Assembly (NCBI GenBank): GCA_041648575.1
Contig: JBAZOT010000003.1
Coordinates: 14,895 to 78,894, forward strand
DNA from: Patescibacteria group bacterium
GTDB taxonomy: Bacteria > Patescibacteriota > Patescibacteriia > Veblenbacterales > UBA10138
DNA length: 64,000 bases
Reading direction: 5' to 3'
The translations under genes and the position numbers were made by a program. Below the pieces are notes generated by a model, which saw only the letters and a program-made list of their open reading frames with translations, did not search any database and was not told the origin of the DNA. Shown here one piece after another: positions 8,046-20,800 of the stretch (positions are counted from its first letter, which is position 1; each line of letters begins with the position of its first letter).

Positions 8046-8149
8046 TTTCGCCTAACTGGTTTATATGTGGAGTAAATGTTTAATATATGCATAAATTTGT
8101 ATGATATGTGGAATAAACTTACAAAATTATTAAATATCTAAATTCTTAA

Positions 8150-8310
8150 CCCACCTCCGCCCTGGCTGCAGGTAAATTTTCCAACCATTTTCTTATTCGC
8201 ACGAATAAGAAAGTAGTAATCCAGGGATAACCACTTAAATACCCAACTTCTTTACCCGCCTCCGCTAAAGCTTCTGGCTTCGCTCTAGCTTAGGCGGACA
8301 ACTCGGTGGG
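8150..8310. other. GC-rich structured non-coding element with competing helices (CCCACCTCCGCC...GGCGGAcaactcGGTGGG; CCGCCT...AGGCGG; CCCTGG...CCAGGG; hairpin TTCTTATTCGcaCGAATAAGAA)
   Basis: GC content far above local background. Long-range complementarity read from the sequence. Lies between the gyrB stop and the SDR start. Confidence 0.4.
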
Positions 8311-8318
8311 CAGGCATT

Positions 8319-10373
<2,055 letters not shown>

Positions 10374-12881
10374 TTAATGATCTCTAACTTCTGCGTTAAA
10401 TTTTTTAATTAATATTTGCTTAATCTTTTCTATTACCTTGTCCACTTCTTCTGATGTTAATGTCCTATCCGAGGCACGTAAAGTCACGGTAAAGGCGATA
10501 CTGTGTTTAGGGGCGTAAACATCAAATAGTTCAATTGATTCTAATAAATCCATATTCTCAATTTCTTTTTGAATTTGAGACCAAGTTACCCTTTCTGGCA
10601 AAATAATTGATAGATCTCTCGCAGCTTCGGGGTACTCTGGTGGCGGTTCCGATGGGCTGGTCGGCCCTATTTCCAACATATCAAGTGACAACTCAATTAC
10701 TGCAGTAAATTCAGGCAAATCTAACTCCCGTCGTAATTTTTCTTGCAATATCCCGATGTGCCCAACTGTCTCGTTATTAATAATAATATCGGCTGCCATA
10801 TTTTCATTAAACCAGTCATGCTTAATTTTTTGCACTTCCACTAACTTAAAATCATTTTCCAGTTCATGGCCGATCTGTACGAGAACCCCAACCATATCAC
10901 GGTAACACCGGAGGAGGTCATCTCGTTCGTCACGTTTATTTCTACCAAGAACTATACCCAAATGAAACGGCTGTTTGGGTAAATTGCCACCCCCAGGTCT
11001 TCGTAAATACTCCTTACCGGATTCCGCCACAAAGACCCGGCCAATTTCAAACATTTTAACATTTTTATGTTTCTGACTATTTAAACCGGCTTGCCCTAAA
11101 AAGTTGGGTAATAAAGTTGGTCGTAAATAAGGCTTGCCCTGATCTGTTGGGTTTTCTAATTCAATACTTAAATCGCTTGTTATATGTTTACCTCTAATAG
11201 TCAGCCCAAAGTTTTGTAAATCTTTTTCACCCACAAATGAATGACTTAAAGTCTCTGTAAACCCAGCACCAATCAAGCACTCACGAATTTTTTGCATTAA
11301 CAATTGCTTTTCATCGGCCAATGGTTTAGTAATGGTAAAACTCGGCAGACTCGGCGTAATTTTTCCATAACCATAAATCCGTGCTACTTCCTCCAACAAA
11401 TCTTCACGAATTGTTACGTCTCTAGTGGCCCGCCATGAAGGCACGGTTACTTGCCATTTGACCACGCTGTCATCGCGATCCGCCCTGATCGGAGTGGCGA
11501 TCTTATGAGATTGCTTCGATCCGCTCGCAATGACTTTTATTTTAAAACCCAAATTCTCCAATATATTTTTAATCTGGCTATATTTTATTTTCGTACCCAA
11601 ACGCTCATTAATCCAATCGGGATTTACATTAATTTCAACCGGTTTAAATTTTTTAGGATATTCATCAACTAGGTCGCTGGCAACTTTTACGCCTGTAATT
11701 ATTTGTTGCATTATAGCCACAAAGCGCTTAATGCCAATTTCTGCTAGTTCTGGATCCAAAGCTTTTTCAAAACGAACAGATGCTTCGCTGCGTAAACCAA
11801 GTTTGCTGGCTGTTTGTCTTATACTAATCGGATTAAAAGTCGCAGATTCTACCACCAAGTTAGTTGTGCTAGATGAAACCTCACTAAACTCGCCACCCAT
11901 TACGCCAGCCACAGCAATCGCACTTTTATCATCAGCAATAACCAACATCTCACTGGATAATTTTCTGGATTCTCCATCTAGTGTTTTTATTACCTCTCCG
12001 GAGTTTGCTGTTCTGACAACAATTTTTGGAGAAGATAATTTTTGTAGATCAAAAGTGTGCAGTGGTTGGCCAGTTTCCAACATTACATAATTAGCAGCGT
12101 CCACCACATTATTTATTGATCTCATACCCAGGGCTTCTAATCTATTCTTTAACCATGTTGGTGATGAGGTAATCTTAATTCCAGCCAGCACCACCCCCAT
12201 ATACCTGTGGCATAAATCAGAGTTTTTAATTTCAACTTTAAACCCATTAGAGCCTTTTGGCAAATCAGCCAATTCCGGTAGTTTTAATTTTGTATTCCAC
12301 AAAGCTGCTAACTCCCTAGCCACACCCAAATGACTCCACAAATCAGGTCGATGAGTAATTGATTTATTATCAACTTCAATAACCAAATCATCTTTACCTA
12401 AAGCTTTGGCTAATAGTGTTCCAGGTTTAGCATCCAAATACGATAAATCCATAATGCCGTGCTCTGGTTCGTTATCATCAACCAAACCTAATTCTGCGGC
12501 CGAACAAGCCATACCATTACTTTTAACTCCACGAATAGTAGCAGCTTCCAATGACGCAAATTCACCCTCTCCATGCCATTTGACCAACGCGCCAGGTTGA
12601 GCCAGCGCGACTTTCATTCCTTCTTTTAAATTAATTCCTCCGCATACTATTTCCACTGTTTTGCCACCAATATCAACTGTAGCTAACTTTAATTTATCAG
12701 CATTAAGATGTGTTGATACTTTTATAACTAAGCCTACCGTGACTTTATTCAACTTTTCTGCCTCGCTGGTAACTGATTCTACCTCCATAACTGACATAGT
12801 CAAAAGCTCGCCCAACTCGCGCGCACTGATCCGCTTGGGTTTAACTATTAACTCTGCTAATGTTTTGTAAGAAAGATGCAT
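10374..12881 (-). CDS. pheT: phenylalanine--tRNA ligase beta subunit
   Basis: 835 aa. N-terminal tRNA-binding domain (...HLNADKLKLATVDIGGKTVEIVCGGINL...), B3/4 and B5 domains. Confidence 0.95.
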   Translation of the reverse strand: MHLSYKTLAELIVKPKRISARELGELLTMSVMEVESVTSEAEKLNKVTVGLVIKVSTHLNADKLKLATVDIGGKTVEIVCGGINLKEGMKVALAQPGALVKWHGEGEFASLEAATIRGVKSNGMACSAAELGLVDDNEPEHGIMDLSYLDAKPGTLLAKALGKDDLVIEVDNKSITHRPDLWSHLGVARELAALWNTKLKLPELADLPKGSNGFKVEIKNSDLCHRYMGVVLAGIKITSSPTWLKNRLEALGMRSINNVVDAANYVMLETGQPLHTFDLQKLSSPKIVVRTANSGEVIKTLDGESRKLSSEMLVIADDKSAIAVAGVMGGEFSEVSSSTTNLVVESATFNPISIRQTASKLGLRSEASVRFEKALDPELAEIGIKRFVAIMQQIITGVKVASDLVDEYPKKFKPVEINVNPDWINERLGTKIKYSQIKNILENLGFKIKVIASGSKQSHKIATPIRADRDDSVVKWQVTVPSWRATRDVTIREDLLEEVARIYGYGKITPSLPSFTITKPLADEKQLLMQKIRECLIGAGFTETLSHSFVGEKDLQNFGLTIRGKHITSDLSIELENPTDQGKPYLRPTLLPNFLGQAGLNSQKHKNVKMFEIGRVFVAESGKEYLRRPGGGNLPKQPFHLGIVLGRNKRDERDDLLRCYRDMVGVLVQIGHELENDFKLVEVQKIKHDWFNENMAADIIINNETVGHIGILQEKLRRELDLPEFTAVIELSLDMLEIGPTSPSEPPPEYPEAARDLSIILPERVTWSQIQKEIENMDLLESIELFDVYAPKHSIAFTVTLRASDRTLTSEEVDKVIEKIKQILIKKFNAEVRDH

Positions 12882-12978
12882 GTAATTTCAAAATGTAAAA
12901 ATCAAAATGCAAAATGACAGATTAAACTTTAAAATTAATAAATAATTTTGATTTTTGATTTTTTAATTTTAAATTAAC

Positions 12979-13003
12979 TAAAATTGCTCTAAAAATCTTA
13001 AAT
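12979..13003. repeat. 25-bp direct repeat copy B (TAAAATTGCTCTAAAAATCTTAAAT), 24/25 identical to the pheS 3' end plus stop at 13900-13924
   Basis: Direct sequence comparison. Lies about 100 nt upstream of the pheT start, just downstream of the 13035-13880 gene. Confidence 0.7.
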
Positions 13004-13034
13004 TTACTGACAGAAGAAGAAATGATAAATAACC

Positions 13035-13880
13035 CTACTTAATATTTCTTGATGAAGCCTCGTGTAATCCAGTAGATAAATCGCCCTTTGGTTGACTTAG
13101 ACAAAACAATAACACATAATCTTGATCATTATTCTTTGAGGTGTAAGTATAATCTTGATCGGGACAACCTCCTTCCATCCATGGCTGAGGATTACTGGGT
13201 ATCTGCCCCATATACACGGTTTCAAGTTTAGCATCGCAGTGACTCATAAAACCTTTTGAACTTAAACACAACCCACCCACAGCCAACGGTGCGGTGACTT
13301 TTGGATAATAATTTAACTCATCAAAATAAAACTCTAGCACCGTTTGTATTTGCCTTACGTCTGACAATCGTTTACCATCTCGTGATTTTTCTAATTTAGA
13401 ACTACCTGCGGGTAATACGCCAAGTAGAATCACTGCGATAATTATGTAACTCACCACATTAAACAAAACAGTCAATAGTGCGGTTTGACGACGAGTAAAT
13501 CCAAGCTTAAACAACCTACTTTTTACTACCCAGTACTCAATAAAAACAGTCGCGGGGAATAAAAATATGATGAAATAGGCAACATCAGTACCATAACCGT
13601 TTATTGGTAAAATTCCACCAATTATAGAAGTAACAAGATTGGCGATTAAGGATACTAAAATACTTTGCTTCCACGAAATTTCTTTTTTAAAAATCCAGCG
13701 CGAGAAATAGTAAATAGCTAGTGTCTCTGAAATAAAAATTATTGGGTAAATATACCAAACCGGAAGTAATGTATAGATAATTGGGGCTGCTAAATCCGCG
13801 TGGGCTATACCAGGCATCAACAACATGATTCCAATAACAAACAAGAGTCTATTAATTTTTATAATTATAAGTCGATTCAT
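13035..13880 (-). CDS. polytopic membrane protein with C-terminal type IV pilin / pseudopilin-like globular domain
   Basis: About 160 aa N-terminal with 4-5 hydrophobic helices. Then KRLSDVRQIQTVLEFYFDELNYYP, the hallmark of pilin/pseudopilin alpha-beta domains, and a Cys-containing tail. Confidence 0.6.
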   Translation of the reverse strand: MNRLIIIKINRLLFVIGIMLLMPGIAHADLAAPIIYTLLPVWYIYPIIFISETLAIYYFSRWIFKKEISWKQSILVSLIANLVTSIIGGILPINGYGTDVAYFIIFLFPATVFIEYWVVKSRLFKLGFTRRQTALLTVLFNVVSYIIIAVILLGVLPAGSSKLEKSRDGKRLSDVRQIQTVLEFYFDELNYYPKVTAPLAVGGLCLSSKGFMSHCDAKLETVYMGQIPSNPQPWMEGGCPDQDYTYTSKNNDQDYVLLFCLSQPKGDLSTGLHEASSRNIK

Positions 13881-13898
13881 AATAGAGTAAATAAAAAA

Positions 13899-14921
13899 TT
13901 AAAATTGTTCTAAAAATCTTAAATCACCCGATAAAAATAGACGGATGTCATCAATCTGATATTTCATCATAACCAAACGAGACAGGCCTAAGCCAAAGGC
14001 AAAACCAGAAAATTTTTCAGGATTTACACCTCCAGCTTTTAATACGTTGGGATGCACTAAACCACAAGGCATCAATTCCACCCAACCAGATTGCTTACAA
14101 ACACTGCAACCTTTACCACCGCAAATAAAGCATTTTACATCCAGCTCAAATCCCGGCTCCACAAATGGAAAATAACCAGGTCGCAATCGAATCTCCACCT
14201 CTTTTTTAAATATTCCTTTTAACAACTCATTCATTACCCCGATCAAATGAGCTACGGTTATACCCTCTGCCACTACCAAACCTTCTAAGTGCCAAAAAGT
14301 ATTATCATGAGAAGCGTCAGTTGCTTCATAACGAAAGACTTTTCCCGGCACTACTGCGCGCAAAGGTGCGCCATATTTTTCCAGAGCCCTTACTTGCACG
14401 GACGAAGTATGAGTACGAAGCAACATCCTGTTGCCACTAATTGGCTTTTTTTCTTTAATATAAAAAGTGTCTTGAATATCTCGTGCTGGATGCCAGGAGG
14501 GAATATTTAAAGCCTCAAAATTATAATACTCGCTTTCCAATTCTGGTCCATCGAGTACCATAAAACCCATAGAGCGAAACAAATCTTCTAGTTCTTTTTG
14601 TACAATGGTTATGGGATGATAATGCCCGCGCGCGGGTTTAATACCAGGCAAAGTAACATCAAAAAATTCATCTAACTCTTTATTATTAGAAATATTTTTT
14701 TGCGTAAAAGCATTTTCTAAATCAACCTTCAACTCATTGGCTAACTTACCTAAACGTGGCCTCTGTTCTATACTAGATGCTTTAACCAATTGCATGACAG
14801 CGGCTAACTCTCCCTTACGGCCTAAATACTTAATCTGCCAATTTCGTAATTCGGCAGTCGAACGTAAAGATGACAATTCAGTCAGCGCTTGTTTTTTTAC
14901 ATTATTAATCTTATCAATCAT
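13899..14921 (-). CDS. pheS: phenylalanine--tRNA ligase alpha subunit
   Basis: 340 aa. Class II motifs ...FRYEATDASHDNTFWHLEGL..., GFAFGLGLSRLVMMKYQIDDIRLF. Confidence 0.95.
   Translation of the reverse strand: MIDKINNVKKQALTELSSLRSTAELRNWQIKYLGRKGELAAVMQLVKASSIEQRPRLGKLANELKVDLENAFTQKNISNNKELDEFFDVTLPGIKPARGHYHPITIVQKELEDLFRSMGFMVLDGPELESEYYNFEALNIPSWHPARDIQDTFYIKEKKPISGNRMLLRTHTSSVQVRALEKYGAPLRAVVPGKVFRYEATDASHDNTFWHLEGLVVAEGITVAHLIGVMNELLKGIFKKEVEIRLRPGYFPFVEPGFELDVKCFICGGKGCSVCKQSGWVELMPCGLVHPNVLKAGGVNPEKFSGFAFGLGLSRLVMMKYQIDDIRLFLSGDLRFLEQF
13900..13924. repeat. 25-bp direct repeat copy A (pheS codons ...LRFLEQF plus stop)
   Basis: TAAAATTGTTCTAAAAATCTTAAAT. See copy B. Confidence 0.7.
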
Positions 14922-14924
14922 AAA

Positions 14925-15320
14925 TCAATCTTGTTCAGGCGGAACCTGTCGCCGCATTGATAAAAAGAAAAATTCAATTATTGTTAAAGCCAAAATTAAA
15001 ATAACTAAATTCCACCATGTTAATAATTTTTGATCTTGAAGTAATAAGGCTAACACAATTACGATTCCTAAAGATATTCCTTGACGAAAAGATATAGAAA
15101 CTTGCCTAAACACCACTTCATCTTTGCGCAACCAATAGCGAATTGCAAACCCTATCAATGTGGTAGTGCCAATAATGGCAATAAACAAGGCCAGGTAAAA
15201 AAACACAAACCCCATTGTTCCAGCTGATTCTGGTGCTAAATAATTAATTACCAATAACCAAGCTGCCCAAGCACCACAGGTACTTAACAGCATTAAAAGA
15301 ATATACTGGCGTAATGTCAT
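14925..15320 (-). CDS. small integral membrane protein (4 predicted TM helices), unknown function
   Basis: Hydrophobic 131-aa ORF 3 nt upstream of pheS (operonic). Confidence 0.5.
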   Translation of the reverse strand: MTLRQYILLMLLSTCGAWAAWLLVINYLAPESAGTMGFVFFYLALFIAIIGTTTLIGFAIRYWLRKDEVVFRQVSISFRQGISLGIVIVLALLLQDQKLLTWWNLVILILALTIIEFFFLSMRRQVPPEQD

Positions 15321-15434
15321 GAAAATTATTAAAAATTAAAAAAGGGGTTTTATTTACCCATTTATTTTAGCATATTTTCAGCATTTCTACAAGTCTAAAA
15401 TGTTAATGAAATTATGCCAATTCTACTGCTAACA

Positions 15435-15725
15435 TTAGCCAAAAATTCTCAATCTTTTAACCTTTCCAGGAAACCGTGTTTCCAGGATTTTTAAAATCTC
15501 TTTTTCTGACAATTTTATCTCCTGCCCCAAGACCGAAGAAGAGACTTGAATATGTAAAGTATCATCCTTAAAAAATACGTTGCGAACAATATCTAAAGCA
15601 GAATTTCCCCAACGTTTTGATAAATAACTATTAAATTCTTCAACCATTTGGGCAATAATTGCTTGTTTTAACACCCCGTGATCCAACAACCGCGATGGTA
15701 AAATGCTTTTTAATGATTGGAACAT
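15435..15725 (-). CDS. DUF721 (DciA-like) family protein
   Basis: 96 aa. ...KRWGNSALDIV...LHIQVSSSVLGQEIKLSEKEILKIL...RLRIFG fits the DUF721 pattern. Confidence 0.5.
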   Translation of the reverse strand: MFQSLKSILPSRLLDHGVLKQAIIAQMVEEFNSYLSKRWGNSALDIVRNVFFKDDTLHIQVSSSVLGQEIKLSEKEILKILETRFPGKVKRLRIFG

Positions 15726-15727
15726 AG

Positions 15728-17170
15728 TTATTTAATTTTCTTAACTATACCTTTATTAGCGTCTACTTCCACCAAATCGCCATCTTTAAATAATAAAGTG
15801 GCATTATTAGTACCAACTATACAAGGAATCTTTAATTCCCTGGCAGTAATGGCAGCGTGACAAATCAAGCCGCCTTTATTAGTAACAATAGCCGCTGCTT
15901 TTCTCATAGCTGGTAATAAATCAGGACTAGTAGCTTGCGAAAGCAAAATATTACCGCGATTCATCTTTATCATATCTTTAGGTATTTGTATAATCTTTAC
16001 CACCCCTTTGACTTTTCCGGTATAAGCACATTGCCCCCTAGTTTCTTTGGATAAAGACTGTTCTTGTTGAATAATTAAGGAAGAAACATACTTTTTAGCT
16101 TGAGAATCAATCATCATCTGATTGCCTTGCTTATTAACTAAAAAACATGAAAAATGACGTCGTCTTTCTAACGCAGAAATATCTAGCTTCTTTTCCAGAA
16201 TAAACCCAGGCACCTCCCAAGGAAGAAGGAAAGTAAATATTTTCCAGTCATTCACACCTTGTTGTTTTGCAAGCAATCTCCACAGTGCCTCATATGAATA
16301 AAAGCTATGAGTCAAAAGGTCTTTACGTAAACCTTTCTGCCAAATTACGGTCTGGGCTAACTGAACCAGAAATCTCGCTCGATTAGTATAATTTAACTTA
16401 GCCATTAACTCCTGCTGTTGTTTTTTTATTTTATTAAGTTGCAGAGGTAAAGACAAATTAACATTTCCCCTACAGACAGTACCGAACTCTTTCTTAAATT
16501 CTTCAAATAAAATAACTGGACCTAAATATAAATAATCAAGCCAACAATAATTCCTATATAATTTTTTTAAAATTAAGGTGAGCCGATTTTTACTTAATGC
16601 TTTACGGCGGCTAGCTAATAAAGCTAACTTGTAATCTTTTTTTTGATGAAGACTTAATTTGGTAACTTGGCTCAATAATGTCCAATGTTTATTAAAATCC
16701 TTAGCAGAAGAGAATCCTCTCAATTCTTCCATGATTTTATTCGATAGATGATTTTTACCATCAATAATTAAACCGTTTACTATTACTCCACTCACTTGAT
16801 AGAGGTGTTGAAGATTACTAACTTTCATAAACTCCTTCGCTAAACTTGATCTGGATAATTTATCTAACGGTAAATTCCTAAACAACTTAGCGCTCTTAAA
16901 AAATTTATCAGCATAAAGGTTAATCTTATCGTATATCTTGGTACGCCATTTGTTATCATTTAACAAGCGATTAGCGGCAAAGTTGGCTGATTTATTAAAC
17001 TCTTGATCATCAAAAAAATAAGTGCACACACCTTTGTCCATCACTGCTATAACTTTGGTGATATAACTACCACCCCCTAATCGAGGAAAATCATGAACAA
17101 AGCCACGTCCATGGTACCCTAACAATAACCAATGGCCACTAAATATCCTGTCATAAATTAACAGAGCCAT
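15728..17170 (-). CDS. protein with C-terminal PEP-utilising-enzyme mobile (phosphohistidine swivel) domain; N-terminal about 380 aa unassigned
   Basis: C-terminal GGLICHAAITARELKIPCIVGTNNATLLFKDGDLVEVDANKG is the conserved His domain of PEP synthase / PPDK / rifampin phosphotransferase. Confidence 0.65.
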   Translation of the reverse strand: MALLIYDRIFSGHWLLLGYHGRGFVHDFPRLGGGSYITKVIAVMDKGVCTYFFDDQEFNKSANFAANRLLNDNKWRTKIYDKINLYADKFFKSAKLFRNLPLDKLSRSSLAKEFMKVSNLQHLYQVSGVIVNGLIIDGKNHLSNKIMEELRGFSSAKDFNKHWTLLSQVTKLSLHQKKDYKLALLASRRKALSKNRLTLILKKLYRNYCWLDYLYLGPVILFEEFKKEFGTVCRGNVNLSLPLQLNKIKKQQQELMAKLNYTNRARFLVQLAQTVIWQKGLRKDLLTHSFYSYEALWRLLAKQQGVNDWKIFTFLLPWEVPGFILEKKLDISALERRRHFSCFLVNKQGNQMMIDSQAKKYVSSLIIQQEQSLSKETRGQCAYTGKVKGVVKIIQIPKDMIKMNRGNILLSQATSPDLLPAMRKAAAIVTNKGGLICHAAITARELKIPCIVGTNNATLLFKDGDLVEVDANKGIVKKIK

Positions 17171-17175
17171 ATTAT

Positions 17176-17889
17176 TTAAATAATGCTAATAATATTAGTA
17201 TTTTCAGAGGAAGAAAGTAAACGGAAACCGCCTAATGGTTTGGGTCTTTTTGTTTGGGTAAATTCTTTCCTCATTAACTCTGCTATTTGTTCGTCTGTAA
17301 ATTTCTCATCCTGGTAGCTAATAGCCAAATCCAAAGTACGGGCAAAAAAGCCATGTGAAATGAATAGCGGCTGACGATTGGTATACTTATTTATTCTCCT
17401 TAAATATGTCAAAAAATTATTAGCTCTTTTATAAACATCAACAGGCCCCTCATCAATGATGTTGCCGTTTAAGAATGAATCGATGAATTTATTCCTCACC
17501 TCACTCATATCCTTAGCTTGTTCATAATATTCTGGAGTTATGTCGTCCATAGGAAATTTTACTTCTTTCAAATAATCGGAGGGGTGTACCTCTATATCAG
17601 CATCTACCAACCCTCTGACTAATTCAGCTGTCTGTCTACCTCGCAAAGCTGATGAACAAATAATGATATCAAAATCACCTTTCTTAATTTCTCCACTGCT
17701 TATCTTTTCTTGAATCAATTTAGTACTACTTTCTTTGTCTATGGGCGGATCCGTTTCTCCCCTCATAAATTTCACCAGTAACTCATAAGGAGGTTTTTCA
17801 CCTTTCTCAATATAAGTACTAATATCTAACACGTCGCCATGCCGTAAAAATAGTGATTCTAAATTCTCTCTACTAGACTTTGTGAACAT
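17176..17889 (-). CDS. histidine phosphatase (phosphoglycerate mutase-like) family protein
   Basis: LFLRHGDV (RHG catalytic motif) and SSALRGRQTAE. Confidence 0.6.
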   Translation of the reverse strand: MFTKSSRENLESLFLRHGDVLDISTYIEKGEKPPYELLVKFMRGETDPPIDKESSTKLIQEKISSGEIKKGDFDIIICSSALRGRQTAELVRGLVDADIEVHPSDYLKEVKFPMDDITPEYYEQAKDMSEVRNKFIDSFLNGNIIDEGPVDVYKRANNFLTYLRRINKYTNRQPLFISHGFFARTLDLAISYQDEKFTDEQIAELMRKEFTQTKRPKPLGGFRLLSSSENTNIISII

Positions 17890-17896
17890 ATATTTA

Positions 17897-20800
17897 TTAT
17901 ATCAAAAATTTATACTGACAATCGTGACCGCCGTCTTTGTGAATCTCACTAAAATTATCCTGCTTTATAGATTCTATTATTTGCTCAATAACTTCTAAAT
18001 AGCGCGCTTGTAAATCTTCTAATTCTTCAGCCGCGCCCAAAAACGGATCAGACCAAACATTTTTATTTAAATACCAATATTGGCAATTAACCACTTTCTC
18101 CTGAAGAAACTCCTGCGCTGCTAATTGATAAATTAATAACTGGTCCTTGTCCACTTTAGCTAAATTTTTTGGCGGATTTTCACCAGTTTTATAATCAATA
18201 ATATTTACACCACCGACAGTAACATCCATCCGATCTATTTTGCCGACAAATTTATAATCACCAAAACGTATTTTAAAAAACTGCTCAATATATTTCGGTT
18301 GGGGTGGGTTATTTTTAATGGCATCGTAAAAAGTCTTAATTTGCTCCAATCCCCGCTTTTTAAAATTCTCGCGCTCTTGTTTGCTTTCGTACCAATCATC
18401 CAACCACACCTCTTGATAAATATTTTCCAGCTCTTTAATAGTTGGTAATTGAATCTTGCCTTTAGTTTTGCTGCCGGCAGTAAACAATCCCAACTGTTCT
18501 GAAGACAGGCGGCTTTGCCAAAGTTTCATAAAATGCTCCAAGGCTTTGTGCATGCTAGAACCAAAGCTTAAATAAGCATTACCCGGGGTAGGAATTTTTA
18601 GTAAATAACGGTATTTAAATTCCAACGGACATTTTAAATAACTGGAAATCGAAGAAAAAGAAAAATGTTCTGGTATTGAATAACTAACTTTTCTAGTTTT
18701 TACGCTGGTTTCTTTTTTATCCAACATTGATTCATCTTTCACTGTTGATTTGTCATAAACATTTTTATCAGCTAACCCAAGCTCATAAAGAAATTGCGAC
18801 GGCTTCCTTTTTTGCTTGCCAAAATAATCTAAAGCATAAGTAAAATATAAGCTGCGTTTGGCTCGCGTCATAGCTACATAAAACAGCCGACGCTCTTCTT
18901 GTAAATGAACATCACCTTCGGGTAAAATTTCCTTAATTAATTCCGTAGGCAAAACAATGGCTTCACGCCGCTCTGTGGATGGAAATCGGCGATCCACTAA
19001 CTGCACAATAAATACATATTTAAATTCCAAACCCTTGGCCGAGTGCACAGTAATTACTTTTACCATTTCCGGACCTTCTTCCCAAGCTGGCGGCAACTCG
19101 CCCTCTTCTCCAGCTTCCAGCTCTAAGGCAAACAAATTTAAAAAATTATTTAAACTTTTGTCAGTATTATCCAATTCAAACTCCTGGGTTTTTTTGAAAA
19201 AAGCCGTTAAATAATTAGCTTGTTTAATAACTTCGTAATTATCTTGATTTTGCACTAGCCAATCGCTCACGCCAATATCGCGTATCACGCGCAAATATGT
19301 TTCACTGGCTGTTTTTTCGCGGGCAAAACTAGAATGTTTAGTAATAAAATTTAATAAATTTTCAACTATTTTTTGGCCCTCGGTTGATAAAGGAATAGTT
19401 TTGGACTGATTTATAGCTTCGTACAAAGACAATGCTTTGCGATTGGCAAAATAAAGCAAGCTAGACAGGTCACTATTAGGCAATTTGAACCAGGGTGTGG
19501 TTAAAATGCGGTATAGGGCTTGAGACTCGTGATAATTGTCTAACAGCTTAAAATAAGCCATTAAATCAAGAATAATGGCCTCCTGGTAAAGCCCACGGCT
19601 AGCTACATACTCAAAAGGTATGCTGGCCTTGCGCAAACCCTGCAAAAACGGTTCAGCCGAAGCATTAGCCCTAACTAAGATAGCAAAATCATCCCAAGTA
19701 GCTTCTGAATCTATCTTTTTTAATTCAACAATTTTATTTATTACTCCAAACGATTCCTGATGAAGATTACTATAAGTCAGCAGTTCAATATTACCTGACT
19801 CACAACTGACTGCTTTTAATTTCTTAGATAATTTTTTTGCGCCTTGGCTCAACTTTATTTCTAATCGGTAAGGATTGTTTTGTTGGATAAATTTATAAGA
19901 CAAATCCAGAATGTCTTGCGTGCTGCGATAATTGGTAATTAACAAAATTTCTTTGGCCTGCGGATAATCTTTTTTAAATTCCAAAATATTAGAAATGGAA
20001 GCACCGCGGAATTTAAAAATTGACTGATCGTCATCCCCTACTACCGTAACATTATTAGCTGGAGCTGCTAAAATTTTTATTAATTCGTATTGCGCATAAT
20101 TAGTATCTTGAAACTCATCAATTAAAATGTATTTGAATTGTTTCTGAAAATGTTTTAAAACCCCAAGCCTAGTACGAAAAAGTTTCAAGCAATAATTAAT
20201 TAAATCACCAAAATCCAAAGCATTGTTATCTAACAGCAATTTTTGATAAACATGATAAGCCCGCGCAACTTCTTGCAAGCGTACGCTTTCATTTTCGTCT
20301 TCATTAATAATCTCGCTTTCGGTTTTTTCCACATCCTTACTTTTTCTCGTACTCTTACTCTTACTAATTTTCAAGAACTCACTTTGACCAGTGTTAAGTC
20401 TTTGTGATTCAGCTAGTTTCAAATAATCCCCCGGATACACTTCTTCATCTTTTGCTCGGGAAAAATGCTTAATTAAAGCATGCACAAATTTAGTGGAATT
20501 ACCCAAAGGCCGATAATAATCCAAATCAAATTTATCTAAATTCTGTTTAACCAATAGCCACTGTTCAGTAGTATTTAACAATTTAAAATCTCCGGGTAAG
20601 CCAATGTCCAGGCCATAATCTTTTAACACGCGCTCGGCAAAGGAGTGGAAAGTAGAAACCCATAAATTTACATAACCTAAAGGAAGTAGCTTATCCACCC
20701 GCTCTTCCATTTCACCAGCTGCTTTATCAGTAAAAGTTAAAGCTAAAATCTCGTTCGGTTTAGCTTTTTTTTGCTCAATTAGCCAAGCAATCCGCCTGGT

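Noticed and set aside
11530-12090. Plus-strand 186-aa ORF (and other plus-strand ORFs at 9037, 10227, 11451, 12406, 12661).
   Set aside because: Antisense to gyrB/pheT, which have unambiguous homology. Typical shadow ORFs in AT-rich DNA.
12882-12960. CAAAATG iterons upstream of pheT and similar AAAATGCAAAAT strings upstream of rplK and atpG as a shared regulatory motif.
   Set aside because: They are low-complexity A/T-rich leader sequences. The similarity is short and compatible with composition alone.
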